Positions 24,345-37,610 of a DNA stretch of 64,000 bases are shown in pieces. Each line of letters begins with the position of its first letter. Position 1 is the stretch's first letter. The translations under genes and the position numbers were made by a program. This DNA is from Chiloscyllium plagiosum (Eukaryota). Location: positions 56,284,895 to 56,348,894 of the forward strand of contig NC_057718.1 of the NCBI RefSeq assembly GCF_004010195.1, in the 5' to 3' direction. A model generated the notes under the pieces. The model ran no database searches. It was given only the letters and a program-made list of their open reading frames with translations, and was not told the origin of the DNA.

Positions 24345-26890
24345 AATGTGGACCTTGTAGAGGTGTATACAATCATGAGGGGCATGTATATAGTAAATAG
24401 ACAAGGTTTTTTTCCCAGGGATGTGGGAGTCCAAAGCTAGAGGGCATAGGTTTAAGGTAAGGGGGAAAAATTTAAAAGGGACCTAAGGGGCAACTTTTTC
24501 ACGCAAAGGTGGTATATGGAATGAGACGCCGGGGAAGTGATGGTGGACAGTACAATTGCAACAGTTAAAAGGATGGATATATGAAAAGGAAGGATTTAGA
24601 GTCATATAGGCCAAATGCAGGCAAATGGGACTAGATTAATTTAGGATACCTAGTGGCATGGATGAGTTGGACCAAAAGCTCCGTTTCTGTGCTGCACATC
24701 TCTAAGACTCTATGACTATGACTCTATGAGATACACCTACTGTTCTGATAAAGAGAGAATTCTAGGATTTTGACCTGGCAACAAGGAAGAAACTAACTAA
24801 CAGGAAACAGAGAGTGGGCATAAAAGGTCATTCTCCGCTTGAAAAGATGAAACAAATGGTGTGCCACAGAACTCAGTGCTGTGGCTTCAACCTTTTACAA
24901 ATTATGTAAATTACTTTGATGAAGGGACCAAAGGTATCACTGTTAAATTTGCTGACTACACACAGATAGGTTGGGAAGTGAGTTGTGAAGAATACACAAG
25001 GATACTGAAGAGGAATATGGATAGGCTAAGTGAGCTGATAAAGATGTGACAAACGTGAAATTCTCCATTTTGGCAGGAAGAATAAAAAGGAAGCATTTTA
25101 CCTAAATGGCGAGAGATTGGAGAGTTCTGTAATGCCTGAGATCTGGGCACTTTGTTTGTATGAATTGCCAAAGGTTAGTATGCAAGTACAGAAAATAATT
25201 AAGATAGCTAATAGAATATTATTGTTCTTTACAAGGGGATTTTATTTTATTCACTCATGGGATGTGGTTGAGGTTGGCTGGGTCAGCATCTATTGTCCAT
25301 CTCTAGTTGCCCTTGAGAAGATGGTGGTGAGCTGCACCTTGTACCATTGCAATGCATTTCGTGTTGGTACACCGACTGTGCCACTAGAAATGGAGTTCCA
25401 GAATTGTGACCCAGTGACGCTGAAAGAAATTGGCAATCTATTTCCAAATCAGGATGTAAAGTGGCTTGGAGGGGAATTTAAAGGTGATTTCCTATTTGCT
25501 ATCCTTGTCCTTCTAGATGGCACTGGATGTGGGTTTGGAAGGTATTATCTAAGGATCTTTAGTGAATTTCATCAGTGCACCTTTGTAGATGGTACACACT
25601 GTTGCTATTGAGCTTTGATGGTGGAGGGAGTGAATGTTTGAATGAAAACTGTACAAGGCACTAGTTAGATCAAACCTAGAATATTGTGAAGCATGTTAAT
25701 CCCCTTTTCTAAGGAGAGATATAGTGCCATTGGAGGCAATCTTGTGAAGGTTCACTAGGTATGAAGGACTTTTCTTACAAGGTGACAGTGAGTCGGTTGA
25801 GCCTGTATTCATTGGAGTTTAGAAAAATAAGAGGCAACTTATCAAAACATCAAAGATTCTTAGGGGGCTTGACAGATAGATACCGTTGTGGGAGATCTAG
25901 GACTAGAGGGCACACTGTCAGAGTAAGGGTGTTGCCCAGTTAGGACAGAGATGAGGAATTTCTTCCTTCAGAGGGTAGTGAATCTGTAGAAGTCTTTATT
26001 GTATAGAGCTATAGCAGCTGGATCATTAAATATATTCAAGGCTGAGATATGCAGATTTTTAATAAGTGAGGGAATCAAGGGTAAAGAGGGAAAGGCCGGA
26101 AAGTGGAACTGAGGATTATCAGGGTCAAGATTAGAGTGGTGCTGGAAAAGCACGGCAGGTCAGGCAGTCCCCTTGGATGCTGCCTGACCTACTGTGCTTT
26201 TCCAGCACCATTCTAGTCTCGACTCTAATCTCCAGCATCTGCAGTACCCACTTTTGCCTTGAGGATTATCAGTCAGCTATGATCTCGTTGAATGGCAGAG
26301 CAGATTCGATAGGCTGAATGACCTACTTGTGCTCCTACATCTTACAGAGAGTTTTCCTCAAATTTCCATTGACTTCAATTTTACTACGGACTTTTAGTGC
26401 CACAATTGGTCAAATATTACCTTTATATCAAGGACAAGAAGGCATTTACCAGGATGTTGCCAGGTATGGAGTTATAAAGTAAGGGTGGATAGATTGGGAC
26501 TTTCTTCACAGGAGCACAGGAGGTTGAGAGGTGACCTTATGGAAGTTTATAGATAGGGTTAAAGGTAGGTATCTTTTCCCTAGGATGGGGGATTTCAAGA
26601 CTGGGGTGCACACATTTTTAAGATGAGAGGAGAGGGACTTAAAAAATACAAGACAGGCATATTTTTTACATGCAAGGTAGATCATGTGTGGAATTAACTT
26701 CCTGAGGAAGTGGCGGATGTGGCCACAATTACAATGTTTAAAAGACATTTGGTGAAGTACATGAATAGGAAAGGTTTGGAGGGATATGGACCGGGAGCAG
26801 GCAGGTGAAACTAGTTCAGTTCAGGATTATGTTCATATTATGGACTGTTTGGACCAAAGGGTGTGTTTCCATACTATATGACTGTATGAC
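24345..26890 (+). mobile_element. Cluster of nested CR1-like fragments
   Basis: 3' end with (ctatga)n tail at about 24710; GVPQ.SVL and KFAD motifs at about 24860-24960; further 3' end 26435-26890. Confidence 0.8.
26123..26259. mobile_element. Fold-back PLE terminus lacking the ribozyme core
   Basis: Inverted gtggtgctggaaaagcac / gtgcttttccagcaccat arms; TSD tgaggattatcag at 26110-26122 and 26260-26272. Confidence 0.85.
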
Positions 26891-28884
26891 AGTTATTTTC
26901 AATCATTATTATATTTTCCTGTTGGAAACCCATGGCAGACCACATCTCTCAGTGTCAGCAACCAGCTAACAACCAATACAGGTGGTGCTCACTTGACTCT
27001 TGACTGATGTTTCCTCTGGGTAATGACACCATTTCCTGCTTTACATCAGGAACTCTTTACAGGTCCTGTTTTTATACCATGGACAAGTTCCATTACCTGC
27101 TTCTTGGTCATCAGGTCTGACCCCATCATTCACTTGCCTACCATCCACTGCTGGAGTCAAAATCTTTCAGTTCAAAATCAAAGTTGCTTGAGGCTTGTGG
27201 ACCTGACCCCAGAGGAAAAATGAGATTAAGATGCAAACTATTAAATCCAGGAGATGTATTCCTCTGTCATCCAAGGAGCTCTGGATTTGTTTGCCCAACA
27301 TTTCCATTTCGAGAAAAAAAATCTTGACTACAACGGCCTCATCTTCCCTTTGAAGGTAACCCATTGCTCATTTACAGTTTTCCCCAGTGGTTTTGCTCCA
27401 GTCAACCTGATCCAGTTCAGTTCTTGCCTCATTGAAGTCAGCTCCTAACCAATAGATTTTTCTTACTTTAGATTGACCTTTGTCATTCTCTATTATCATC
27501 CTAAACCACACAATACAATGATCACTGCCTTCCAAATGTTCCTCACTGACACATGGTCTTCTTGGTCACCTCATTTCAAGAACCAGGAAGAACAGTGCAA
27601 CTTTTCTTGTTGGACTAGAAACATACTGCTGTCGGAAATTCTCCTGAACACAGTCTAGGAACACATGTCCCTCAATACCTCTTGCATTACCAGTACCCCA
27701 ATCTATATTTGGGTAATTGTGTGTCTTCCATTATAAATACAGTATAATATTGGCATCTTTCTGTAATTTCCCTGTAGATTTGTTCCTCTACCTTTTAGTT
27801 GGTGGTTTATAGACCACACCAAGCAATGTCTCTGCATCTTTTTGTTCCTTAGCACCAGCCTAATTCCACCATTGAAACCTATCAACATCCTCTTCTTTCA
27901 ACACTACAATGGTCTCCTTAACCAATACGGTCATGCCCTCCTCCTCCTCTTGGGAACAGCTTGTACCCAAGAATATCTAACATCCAATGTTGCCCTTCCT
28001 TTAGTCAGGTGTTTGTTATTGCCACAATATCATATTTCCCACAAAGCAATCTGTGCCTGGAACTTCCAAATCTTATTTACCTGACTTATTTACTATACAC
28101 ACAATACAGAGATGCATACTAACTCTCACTTAGACTTCATTACTTCACCCCGTCATCCCTTACTCTGACTTCAACTATTAACTTACTATTCTGCTAGTGC
28201 TATATATCTCTCCAAATATTTTGTGAATCCTGGTATTATTTTCTAATACCCTCTCTTGGTTCTGACACTCCTGCCAAGTCACCAAATACTGCCCTCACAG
28301 CCGCAACAGCAAAACTCCCTGCAAGGAACTGGGATCCAGCTCTGTTCAGGTGCAACCCGCCCTGTTGTTTAGGTGACATATTCCCCATAACCAGTTCCAG
28401 TGTTCCCAGCATTTAAAGCCCTCCCTCCTGCAGCATCTTTTCAGCAATGTATTAACCTGCCTGTTTCTGTACTCACTTGCGCATGGTACTGAAGTAATCT
28501 GCAGATATAAAACATTTTAAGTCCTCCTTGCTAATTTTCTCCCTATCTTCCTAGATTCTAGTCACAGGACTATATATTCTTTCCTAACAAAGACATTGGT
28601 ACCAACATGGACCATAATCTTTGAAAGTACACATACCTCCTACAAAAATGACCAGCAGCTGCACTGTAACTTTCAACCTTGTGGATGTGACACCAGCTAC
28701 CACTTGAATTCTGAAACCTAGAATGCAAACTTCTGCAAATGGCAACATTTCCTATACATATGGCCATCTAGGACATCAGTAGGCTCCTTGTCTTCACATG
28801 TATTACAGACCATACATTACACTCAATGAGTTGCACTGCCATGCCTTAACTTTATCTCCTTTATGTTAACTTTGTCCTGCTCTG

Positions 28885-29197
28885 GATTAGATTCCCTACA
28901 GTGTGGAAACAGGTCCTTCGGCCCAACAAGTCCACACTGACCTGCGAAGAGTAATCCACCCAGACCCATTTCCCTCTGACTAATGCACCTAACACTATGG
29001 AGTAATTTAACATGGCCAATTCACCTGACCTGCACATCTTTGGACTGTGGGAAGAAACCGGAGCACACGGAGGAAACCCACGCAGACACGGGGAGAACGT
29101 GCAAACTCCACACAGACAGTCGTCCGAGGCTGGAATCGAACCTTGGAACCTGGTGCTGTGAGGCAGCAGTGCTAACCACTGAGCCACCGTGCCGCCC
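28885..29197 (-). mobile_element. V-SINE (HE1-like), full length
   Basis: Highly similar to the 3220, 49037 and 52465 copies. Confidence 0.9.
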
Positions 29198-29364
29198 TAT
29201 ATTACTTCACTGTATTGCCCTGACTCACCCTTAATTCTAGTCTTTTTTAGTTAAATCCAAGTACTAGCTACTCATTTAAATATGTTTTCTACAATAACTT
29301 AAAGATAGTCCCTAACAGCAGTTTCTTAACAGCCAATGAACTTACTGAAAAAGAGTAGAAGGAA

Positions 29365-30230
29365 AAAGTCTGTATTGAGTTTGCACATTCTCCTTGTGTC
29401 TGTATGGGTTTCCTCTGGATACTCCAGTTTCCTCCCACAATCTGAAGATATGCAGGTTAGATGAATTGGCCATGCTAAATTGCCCATAGTGTTCAAGGAT
29501 GCATAGGTTAGGTGCATTAGTTAGGGGTAAATGTAGAGTCATAGGATAGAGGAATTGGTCTGGGTGGGTTACTCTCCAACCTTGACCAAACTCTTCACTC
29601 AGCAAACTATACGTCTTGCAGTAAACGTTATTTAAAACATCTGTTTCCCCCGCTGCACCAAATTCCTACTTTGAACCAAATTCCCAGACATACTCAGCCA
29701 GGGTCTCACACAGATCAAGTCTATCTCATGCTGACCTAACAATTTATTACTTTAATTATATTTTGCCATACGTTTACATGTCTTTTGGTTTATCCAATTG
29801 CTTTGCTCAACCCTTTGCTACCAGATTTCCTACGTGTATTAAAATTTTCATTGCTAACTCAAAATTGTTCTCTAAATTAGCTCGTTCAAATTGGTGTTTA
29901 CTGCCATTTTAATTTATATTAAGATGAAACAAATATCAGCTTCATAACTGACATGAACAACGCGGAAAAACACTTCCAGGTACCCTAGCTCGATTCCAGC
30001 CTCAGGCAACTGTGCGGAGCTTGCACATTCTCCCTGTGTCTGTGTGGGTTTCCGCCGGGTGCTCTGGCTTCCTCCCACAATCCAAAAATGTGCAGGTTAG
30101 GTGCATTAGTCAGGGGTAAATATAGAGTAGTGAGTAGTGGAGTGGATCTGGGTGGGTTACTCTTCGGAGAGTTGATGTGGAACTGTTGGGTCACGTAGTC
30201 TGCTTCCACATTGCAATGATTCTATGATTT
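29365..30230 (+). mobile_element. Two partial V-SINE copies (about 29365-29580 and 29985-30230)
   Basis: V-domain present; the second copy ends in gattctatgatt. Confidence 0.8.
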
Positions 30231-30516
30231 CTAGGATATGTACTTTATTCAGTGTTGCTATGTTTTATATGCCCTTAGACCAGTAATTTTCCTAACTGTT
30301 TCCTGCAGTTTTTATGCTTTACATTCTTTCCAAACTTGCTCCATCAAAATGTTTCAGTGAACTGTCACAAAGTATGATATTTTCAAATATAGAATTTTCA
30401 GCTGTAAGTCACATTTTTGCTCATCCGTGGAATACACAACTGTTTTCCTTGTGCCTTGTACAGTAATAAGTAACCCTGTTTTTAATAACATGATTCTACT
30501 GAGTTTAGACTATTAC

Positions 30517-30691
30517 CTCTGTTGTATGATCCAGTGAATGACCAGGTCCAGTCGATTTTGCGTCAGTGCACATTCTACTCCCTCTAATGACATTTTTGCA
30601 TTAGGTGACTGTTTGACAGCAGAAAAGGAGTTCATTACAGCTTCAAAGAATTGCAGGAGAGGAGAAATATGTCCTTCATATTCTGTGATAG
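30517..30691 (-). CDS. CLHC1: CLHC1 coding exon (AITEYEGHISPLLQFFEA...NRLDLVIHWIIQQR)
   Basis: ccctcag acceptor, AG|gtaata donor, 175 nt; matches human PLLLFFEAL...KRLDLVTNWVTQER. Confidence 0.93.
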
Positions 30692-33027
30692 CTGAGGGAG
30701 AAAATGTTATTATTACAGTTGGTCTAAGAACAAAATGCACCTTCATACACAATTGTTATGCATTTTAAATGACCTATCTTAAATAAGTTCATTGTGTTTA
30801 ACACAGCAAGGATGACAATGTTTGCTAGCTACTTATTAGTTCTGAATCTCAGTTTTTTTTATTATGGAGAGCCTGTTAGTATGAGCAAAGCAATTCCTCA
30901 AATTGAAGGGAAAATTAAGACAAATCTTTCACACATATAGAAAATTCTCTTTTAAATTTGACATTTTATGTTGTTCTGTTTCAATGTTATTCTGTCAATG
31001 AGCCCTATATTATCATTCAGAGTTGCCCAATTTGTTTTTAAGTCATTGTCCATCAGGCTGCATGACTCAATCTACACACTTCCTTTACTGAGATTGTGGG
31101 CTCCAAAGCCAAAGTTTCACAGTTGTGAAAGCTTGGATACAGAAGTGTTGAACAGAGGTTGTTTTCATCAATGTCTGTTGTCTGTTTTCATCAATGCCAC
31201 AAACAGCCTTATGATATTCAGTCACATTCCCATAGTCCTGCTTCCGCCACAGCTTCCTCACTCATTGATGGGGTTTGGGAAAGGGAAGCAATGTGCAGCA
31301 GAGTCAGGGAACAAGGGGTTCAGTGAGAGGAGTGGCAGAGATTGCAAGTTGGAGGATCGGCAGCTTAAGGATGTATTAGAGTTTGGCACAGGCTTCAATT
31401 TGGAGTGTCACCAGAAATCAGGGTGGTTTGATAGCTGCAGGTGTGGCAGCAGGATAGGTAAGCATTGTAAAAAATTACCAGATTTCTTTTACTGTATATT
31501 TTTGAACTTTATATTAGAAGTGTTTTCATTTACTATTATATAGCAACTTCAAGTTGGAATGTGTTTTTTTTTAAAAGGAAGGCCCTACAGTCCTGAATTA
31601 CAGCCTCTACATTGGTTTTCATTTGCTTGGTCAAATTCCATCATAATAGATTACGAGATTCAATTAAATAATTTTGATCATTTGGAATCAAAAATGACCA
31701 CAATAATTGTTGAAAATATTTTGAATCAACCTGTCTGAATGTATAGAGAGATATATTTGCATTGCAGGTGGTTCATGAACCTGTACCTCTGGCCCAGAGG
31801 CAGGGTACTACTGTGACACAAAGATACCTGCTGTTTTATGGTGAAAATTCAATTGTTGACCTAATCTGGCCTAAGGTGACTCCGATCACAAAATATTGGA
31901 TTGGCTCTTAATGTCTTCCCTAGTGATGGGCAATAAACACTATCTTTTTACTGTTGTCCATCTCAGAATTATTAGTAAAAAAGCTATAAAGCAAATTGGT
32001 GTTATTAATTTGAATATTTAATTATAATGAAGCAATGATCACAGAGATATTTTCAGTTCTACTCCAAATTTAGAAATTATATGGTAATCCACTGTTTAAA
32101 AGCATACATTCTTGCTAACCTGACAAAGAAAAGTTACCTTGCTCTCAATGATCTTCAGCAGAAATAGACTTCAAGTGGGAATGCAATATGTATAGTAACT
32201 CAAGATTGGCTGCTTAGCTAAAGAAGGCTTCCTGAGCATCACTGACAGTAGAAATTTTAAAAATGTAAATATTTTAATTCACTTCTGGAATGTGGAAATC
32301 TTTGAGAGCCAAAATTATTTCCTTTCCTTAATTGCCCTTGAACAGTTACGCTTGCATGCTAGTTTTGAGTTTCAAGATCTGTTATTTATCAATTTAGCTT
32401 TTTTATATTATATGTATACAACCATTTTATAGTATTTTATTAAATGACAAGCAATTAATAATAACCTGGTTTCCCCATGGATTTCAATTTGATTATGCGT
32501 GACTAATATTGAGCTCCCAGTAGGGAATAGTGCTTCGTGGGACCATATGTCAGAAATAAAATTACCAATTCTTCAATATGCATAACCTATGATAATGTAG
32601 GACCGAGGGAGTGATAAGCATACCTTATATCTTAATGAATGTACCGGTTTAATAATAGTTACATAAATTAACTAATTGCAGTCTCTAAGAAAAAAGTGTG
32701 ACTTGAGTCCTTAAATGAGCTATTTTAAAGAAAGTGTGCTACTTTTATATGACATAAAAAGTTGATCTCGAAGAGATTGCTATTGAAAATCATTTGTTAA
32801 CTGCTAAAATATTTTGTTGTAATGATCTAATTTTTACAGATTCTACAAAACAAAATGAATATAATGGCATTAAGGAAACATTCTAATAGACATAGTTGCT
32901 GAACTACTGAGCAGCCCTTTTTAATTCTTGAACTTGTAAAAGTTAGAAGGAAACATTTGCTGATGCAGGATTAAGTTTCCCTATTTTGATGTATAAAACA
33001 TAGCAATGAACAAAAAGCATAACTGAC

Positions 33028-33134
33028 CTTTAAACCTTTCCATGACCTCCAAATTATGAAGAATTCCTCTGGGACAATTTGCTACATGTTTTGCAGCTGC
33101 CCTATATTGCTTATCATCAAACAGTTTATTAAAT
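33028..33134 (-). CDS. CLHC1: CLHC1 coding exon (FNKLFDDKQYRAAAKHVANCPRGILHNLEVMERFK), clathrin linker-like segment, absent from ORF track
   Basis: tttttttctag acceptor, G|gtcagt donor, 107 nt; FN.L....Y..AA...AN.PRGIL is the clathrin-link-like motif. Confidence 0.93.
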
Positions 33135-33737
33135 CTAGAAAAAAAGTGGAAGTTTCAGTTTAGCAGCAGCTGTGAATGGATTCCTTCAACCCCAAAGTTG
33201 TTTGGTATGGATTAGGATATCCACCTAGCTGGTATAAGTAGAGGAGTCATATTGAATAAACAATACCTAACCATTACTGCAACAATTACAGGATGAATGA
33301 AAATGACTTATATTAGTGCAGAGACTTGTGGTATTGTGGGGAACATTTAAAATTGCATGATGGGAAAAATTGGCCAATTTTTGAACTATAGATCAGTAAA
33401 TTTTTTTAATAAGTATTTTTATTGAATAGATCAGTAAGTTAAAAAGGACTGTGACAAAAAGTCAGAAACAGCATTCATGACAGGCTGAAGGTAAACAAAT
33501 TCTGCAACCTTGGCAAAACTTCAGTAATCTTCTTAACGGCTCCTTGTATAGTTTGAACTGCAGATCTTAGCCTAAACAAAACGTCCATACACAAAAACAA
33601 AGTCATGGAATGACGTGAATGATTAATATTTCAGAAAACCAATAAGGCAAAATTCAATGTTATGGATGATAGGCATTTCATGATAATTTGTCACTTCTCA
33701 GCATATTTTAAAGTATATAAATGATATTCTTTCCTTT

Positions 33738-34195
33738 GTAAAGGTGTGAAACCTGGAAGAGAAATTGAGAACAACTTTTATCTCTTCCTCTCTTGAGTTT
33801 TAGCCAAAACTGCTGCAGTATTATCAATAAAGGTAGATTATTGTCAGTTCAAACTGATTTTTTTGAGTATTATTGCTATCTTTTGCTCTCACAGATCCCT
33901 GTTAATTAAAATCCAATTTGACATTTGGTGCTGCGAGCAAAAACCAAATAACCTGGGTGAATTCTGTCAGGGGACTGAAGAAGCGATCCAGCCGCAGCCT
34001 AGGGATAAGGGGCAGACGGACACCCGAGGTAAGCATTAAAATCTTGGTCTAATTCTCTCCCTTGGCTGACCACTGTGACCCCTCATCCCTTGCAGAGGAC
34101 ACTAGCTTCCGAATCTAAAATTCTAATTTTTTTTTTGAGTGTTGTTGATTTCTTTTGCTCTCACAGATTCCTGCTGATTAAAATCTGATTCGACA
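33738..34195 (+). mobile_element. LTR retroelement remnant: LTR, PBS, short internal region, duplicated U5
   Basis: TG start, AATAAA near 33826, ...tgaca end at 33923, TGGTGCTGCGAGCA at 33926-33939; about 67-bp repeat 33857-33923 / 34126-34195. Confidence 0.6.
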
Positions 34196-34241
34196 ACTGA
34201 TTGGAGCACACTAGCACTGGATGTGTCTCTTACAATCTTGT

Positions 34242-34389
34242 AGGAAGTGACGACTGCAGATGCTGGAGAGTCAGAGTCGAAAAGGGTGGCGTTGGAAAAG
34301 CACAGCAGGCGTTATGCCTGAAATGTTGGCTCTCTTGCTCCTCAGATGCTGCTTGACCTGCTGGGTTTTTCCAAAGCCACCCTTTTCGA
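34242..34389. mobile_element. Fold-back PLE terminus
   Basis: gagtcgaaaagggtggc / gccacccttttcgactc inverted arms; flanking ctctta(c/t)aa(t/a)cttgt duplication. Confidence 0.8.
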
Positions 34390-37300
34390 CTCTTATAAAC
34401 TTGTCTTTACTCTGAGCCCCATGACATCACAGTGGATTGTGCTTTTTCTATTCATTCATGGGACATAGGCATCACTCGTCTGGTCAGCATTTATTGCCCA
34501 TTATTAATTGTCCAGAGGGTAGTTAAGAATCAACCACATTTCTGAAATCACACGTTTACCAAACAGGGTAAGGACAGCAGATTTTCCTTCTCTAAAGGGC
34601 ATTAATGAACAAGATTATTTTTAACAACAGGTTATACAATCATCATTTGGCTGGCTTTTTTCTTTAATTCCAGATTTTTGCTGAATTCAAATTTCACCTC
34701 TGCCCAGTTGGGATTTGAACTCATGTCCCCAGAACATTAACCTGTGGTCCTGAGTTAGTAGTCCAATGACATTACCACTTTGCCACAACATCTCCAAACA
34801 CTCTTGCAATCAAATGTTAACCCTTTCAGACTCATACAGCAGAAATAACAGAATATTTTAATTGTGACCTCAGGCCTGTCTCCGTACTGTCCAATATCTT
34901 TGGCAAATCTGACCCAAGGTAGTAGAGGAATACGAATGGAGGCTTATAGAGCCCTGAACAACATAAGTTAAGGCTAGAAATCTGGGAGAATCGTATGAGA
35001 AATTGAGCAAGGCCCTTCTCAAGTTTGGAAGCAATTAGCTTCATTTCCAACTAAGGTCTAGACAGCAAAACAAGATTCTCACTAGACAGCAGCAAGAAGC
35101 TTATTATTGGTCTCATTAACTGTATATCTTGCCTTATTAACTAAATATCCGATTTTACCAGTTTCCATAGAGTCATAGAGATGTACAGCACAGAAACAGA
35201 CCCTTTGGTTCAACTCGTCCATGCCAACCAGATATCCTAACCTAATTTCGTCCCATTTACCAGCATTTGGCCTATATCTCTCTAAGCCCTTCCTATTCAT
35301 ATACCCATCCGGATGTCTTTTAAATGCTGTAATTGTACCAGCCTCCACTACTTCCTCTGGCAGCTTATTCCATACACGCACCACCCACTGTCTGAAAAAG
35401 TTGTCCCTTAGGTCCCTTTTAATATCTTTCCTCTCTCACCCTAAATCTATGCCCTCTAGTTCCGGACTCTCCCACCACAGGGGAGACCTTGTCTATTTAT
35501 TCTACCCATGCCCCTCATGATTTTATAAACCTGTATAAGGTCACCCCTCAACCTCTGATGCTCCACGGAAAACAGCCTCAGCCTATTCAGCCTCTCCCTA
35601 TAGCTCAGACCCTTCAACCCTGGCAACATCCTTGTATATCTTTTCTGAACCCTTTCATGTTTCACAACATACTTCCAATAGGAAACAGACTAGAGTTGCA
35701 TGCAATATTCCAGAAGTGGTCTCACCAATGTCCTGTACAGCTGGAACACAAACTCCTAACTCCTAAAGTCAATGCTCTGACCAATAAAGGAAAGCATATC
35801 AAACACCTTCTTCACTATCCTATCTACTTGCAACTCTACTTTCAAAGAATTATGAACCTGCACTCCAAGGTATCTTTGTTCAGCAGCACTCTCGAGGACC
35901 TTATCATTAAGTGTATACGTCCTACCCTGATTTGCTTTTCCAAAATACAGCACTTCACATTTATCTAAATTAAAATCAATCTGCACTCCTCGGCCCATTG
36001 GCCCATTTGATCAAGTTCCATTGTGCATTGAGGTAACATTCTTCGCTGTCCACCATACTCCAATTTTGGTGTCACCTGCAAACTAACTAACTATACCTCC
36101 TATATTCACATCCAAATCATTTATATGAATGACAAAAAGCAGTAGACTCAGCACCGATCCTTGTGGCACTCCACTGGTCACAGGCCTCCAGTCTGAAAAG
36201 CAACTCTACACTACCACCCTCTGTCTTCTACATTCGAGCCAGCTCTGAATCCAAATGGTTAGTTCTCCCTGTATTTCATGAGATCTAACCTTGCTGACCA
36301 GTCTCCCAGGGGGAACCTTGTCGAATGCCTTACTGAAGTCCATATAGATTACATCTACTGCTCTGCCTTCATCAATCTTCTTTGTTACTTCTTCAAAAAA
36401 TCAATCATGTTCGTGAGACATGATTTCCCGTGCACAAAGCCATGCTGACTACCCCTAATCAGTCCTTGCCTTTCCAAATACATGCAAATCCTGTCCCTCA
36501 GGATTCCCTCCAACAATTTTTCCACCACCAATATCAGGCTCAGCGGCTTATAGTTCCCTGGCTTTTCCTTACGTCCTTTCTTAAATAGTGGCACCATGTT
36601 AGCCAACCTCCAGTCTTCCGGCACCTCACCTGCGACTATCGATGATACAAATATCACAAATAAGGGGTCAAGCAATCACTTCCCTAGATTTCCACAGAGT
36701 TCAAGGGTACACCTGATCAGGTGCTGGGAATTTATACACTTTTATGCGTTTCAAGACATTCAGCGCTTCCTCCTCTATAGTACAAACATTTTTCAAGATG
36801 TCACCATCCATTCCCCCACATTCTATATCTTCCATGTCCTTTTCCACAGTAAACACTGATGTAAAATACTCATTTAGTATCTTCCCCATCTCCTGCAGCT
36901 CCACACATCAACGCCTTGCTGATCTTTGAAGGGTCCTATTATCTCCCTAGTTACCCTTTTATCCTTAATGTATTTATAAAATTCCTTTGGATTTCCTATT
37001 TGCCAAAGCTATCTCTTGTCCACTTTTTGCCCTCGTGATTTCCCTCTTAAGTGTACTCCTATTGCCTTTATATTCTTTGAAAGATTCAATCCATCTCTCC
37101 TGTCTATACCAGACATATGTTTCCTTCTTTTTCTTACCAAAACGCCAATTTCTCTAGTCATCCAGCATTCCCTACACGAACCAGCTTTGCCTTTCACCCT
37201 AACAGGAATATTCTGTCTCTGCACTCTTGCTGTCTCATTTCTGAAGGCTTCCCATTTTCCAGCCGTCCCTTTACCTGCGAATATCTACCCCAATCAGTTT

Positions 37301-37464
37301 TTGAAAGTTCTTGCCTAATACCATCAAAATTAGATTTCCTCCAATTTAGAACTTCAACTTTTAGATCCAGTCTATCCTTTTCCATTGCTATTTTAAAACA
37401 AATAAATAGAATTATGTTTGCTGGCCCCAAAGTGCTCTACCACTGACACCTCAGTCACCTGTCC

Positions 37465-37564
37465 AGCCTCATTCCTGACGAAGGGCTTATGCCCGAAATG
37501 TCGATTCTCCTGCTCCTCAAATGTTGCCTGACCTGCTGTGATTTTCCAGCACCACACTCTTGAC
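37465..37564 (+). mobile_element. Short PLE terminus with hammerhead-like motif, inside CR1
   Basis: attcctgacgaagggcttatgcccgaaatgtc at 37471-37502. Confidence 0.8.
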
Positions 37565-37610
37565 TCAGTCCCAGTCTATGTTTGGAAAGTTAAACTCCCC
37601 TACCATAACC

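Noticed and set aside
30968..31543. 191-aa plus-strand ORF
   Set aside because: No recognisable motif, intronic and antisense to CLHC1; likely chance or decayed repeat
33028..33134. Clathrin heavy chain (CLTC) exon
   Set aside because: Flanking exons and the short C-terminus fit CLHC1, not CLTC
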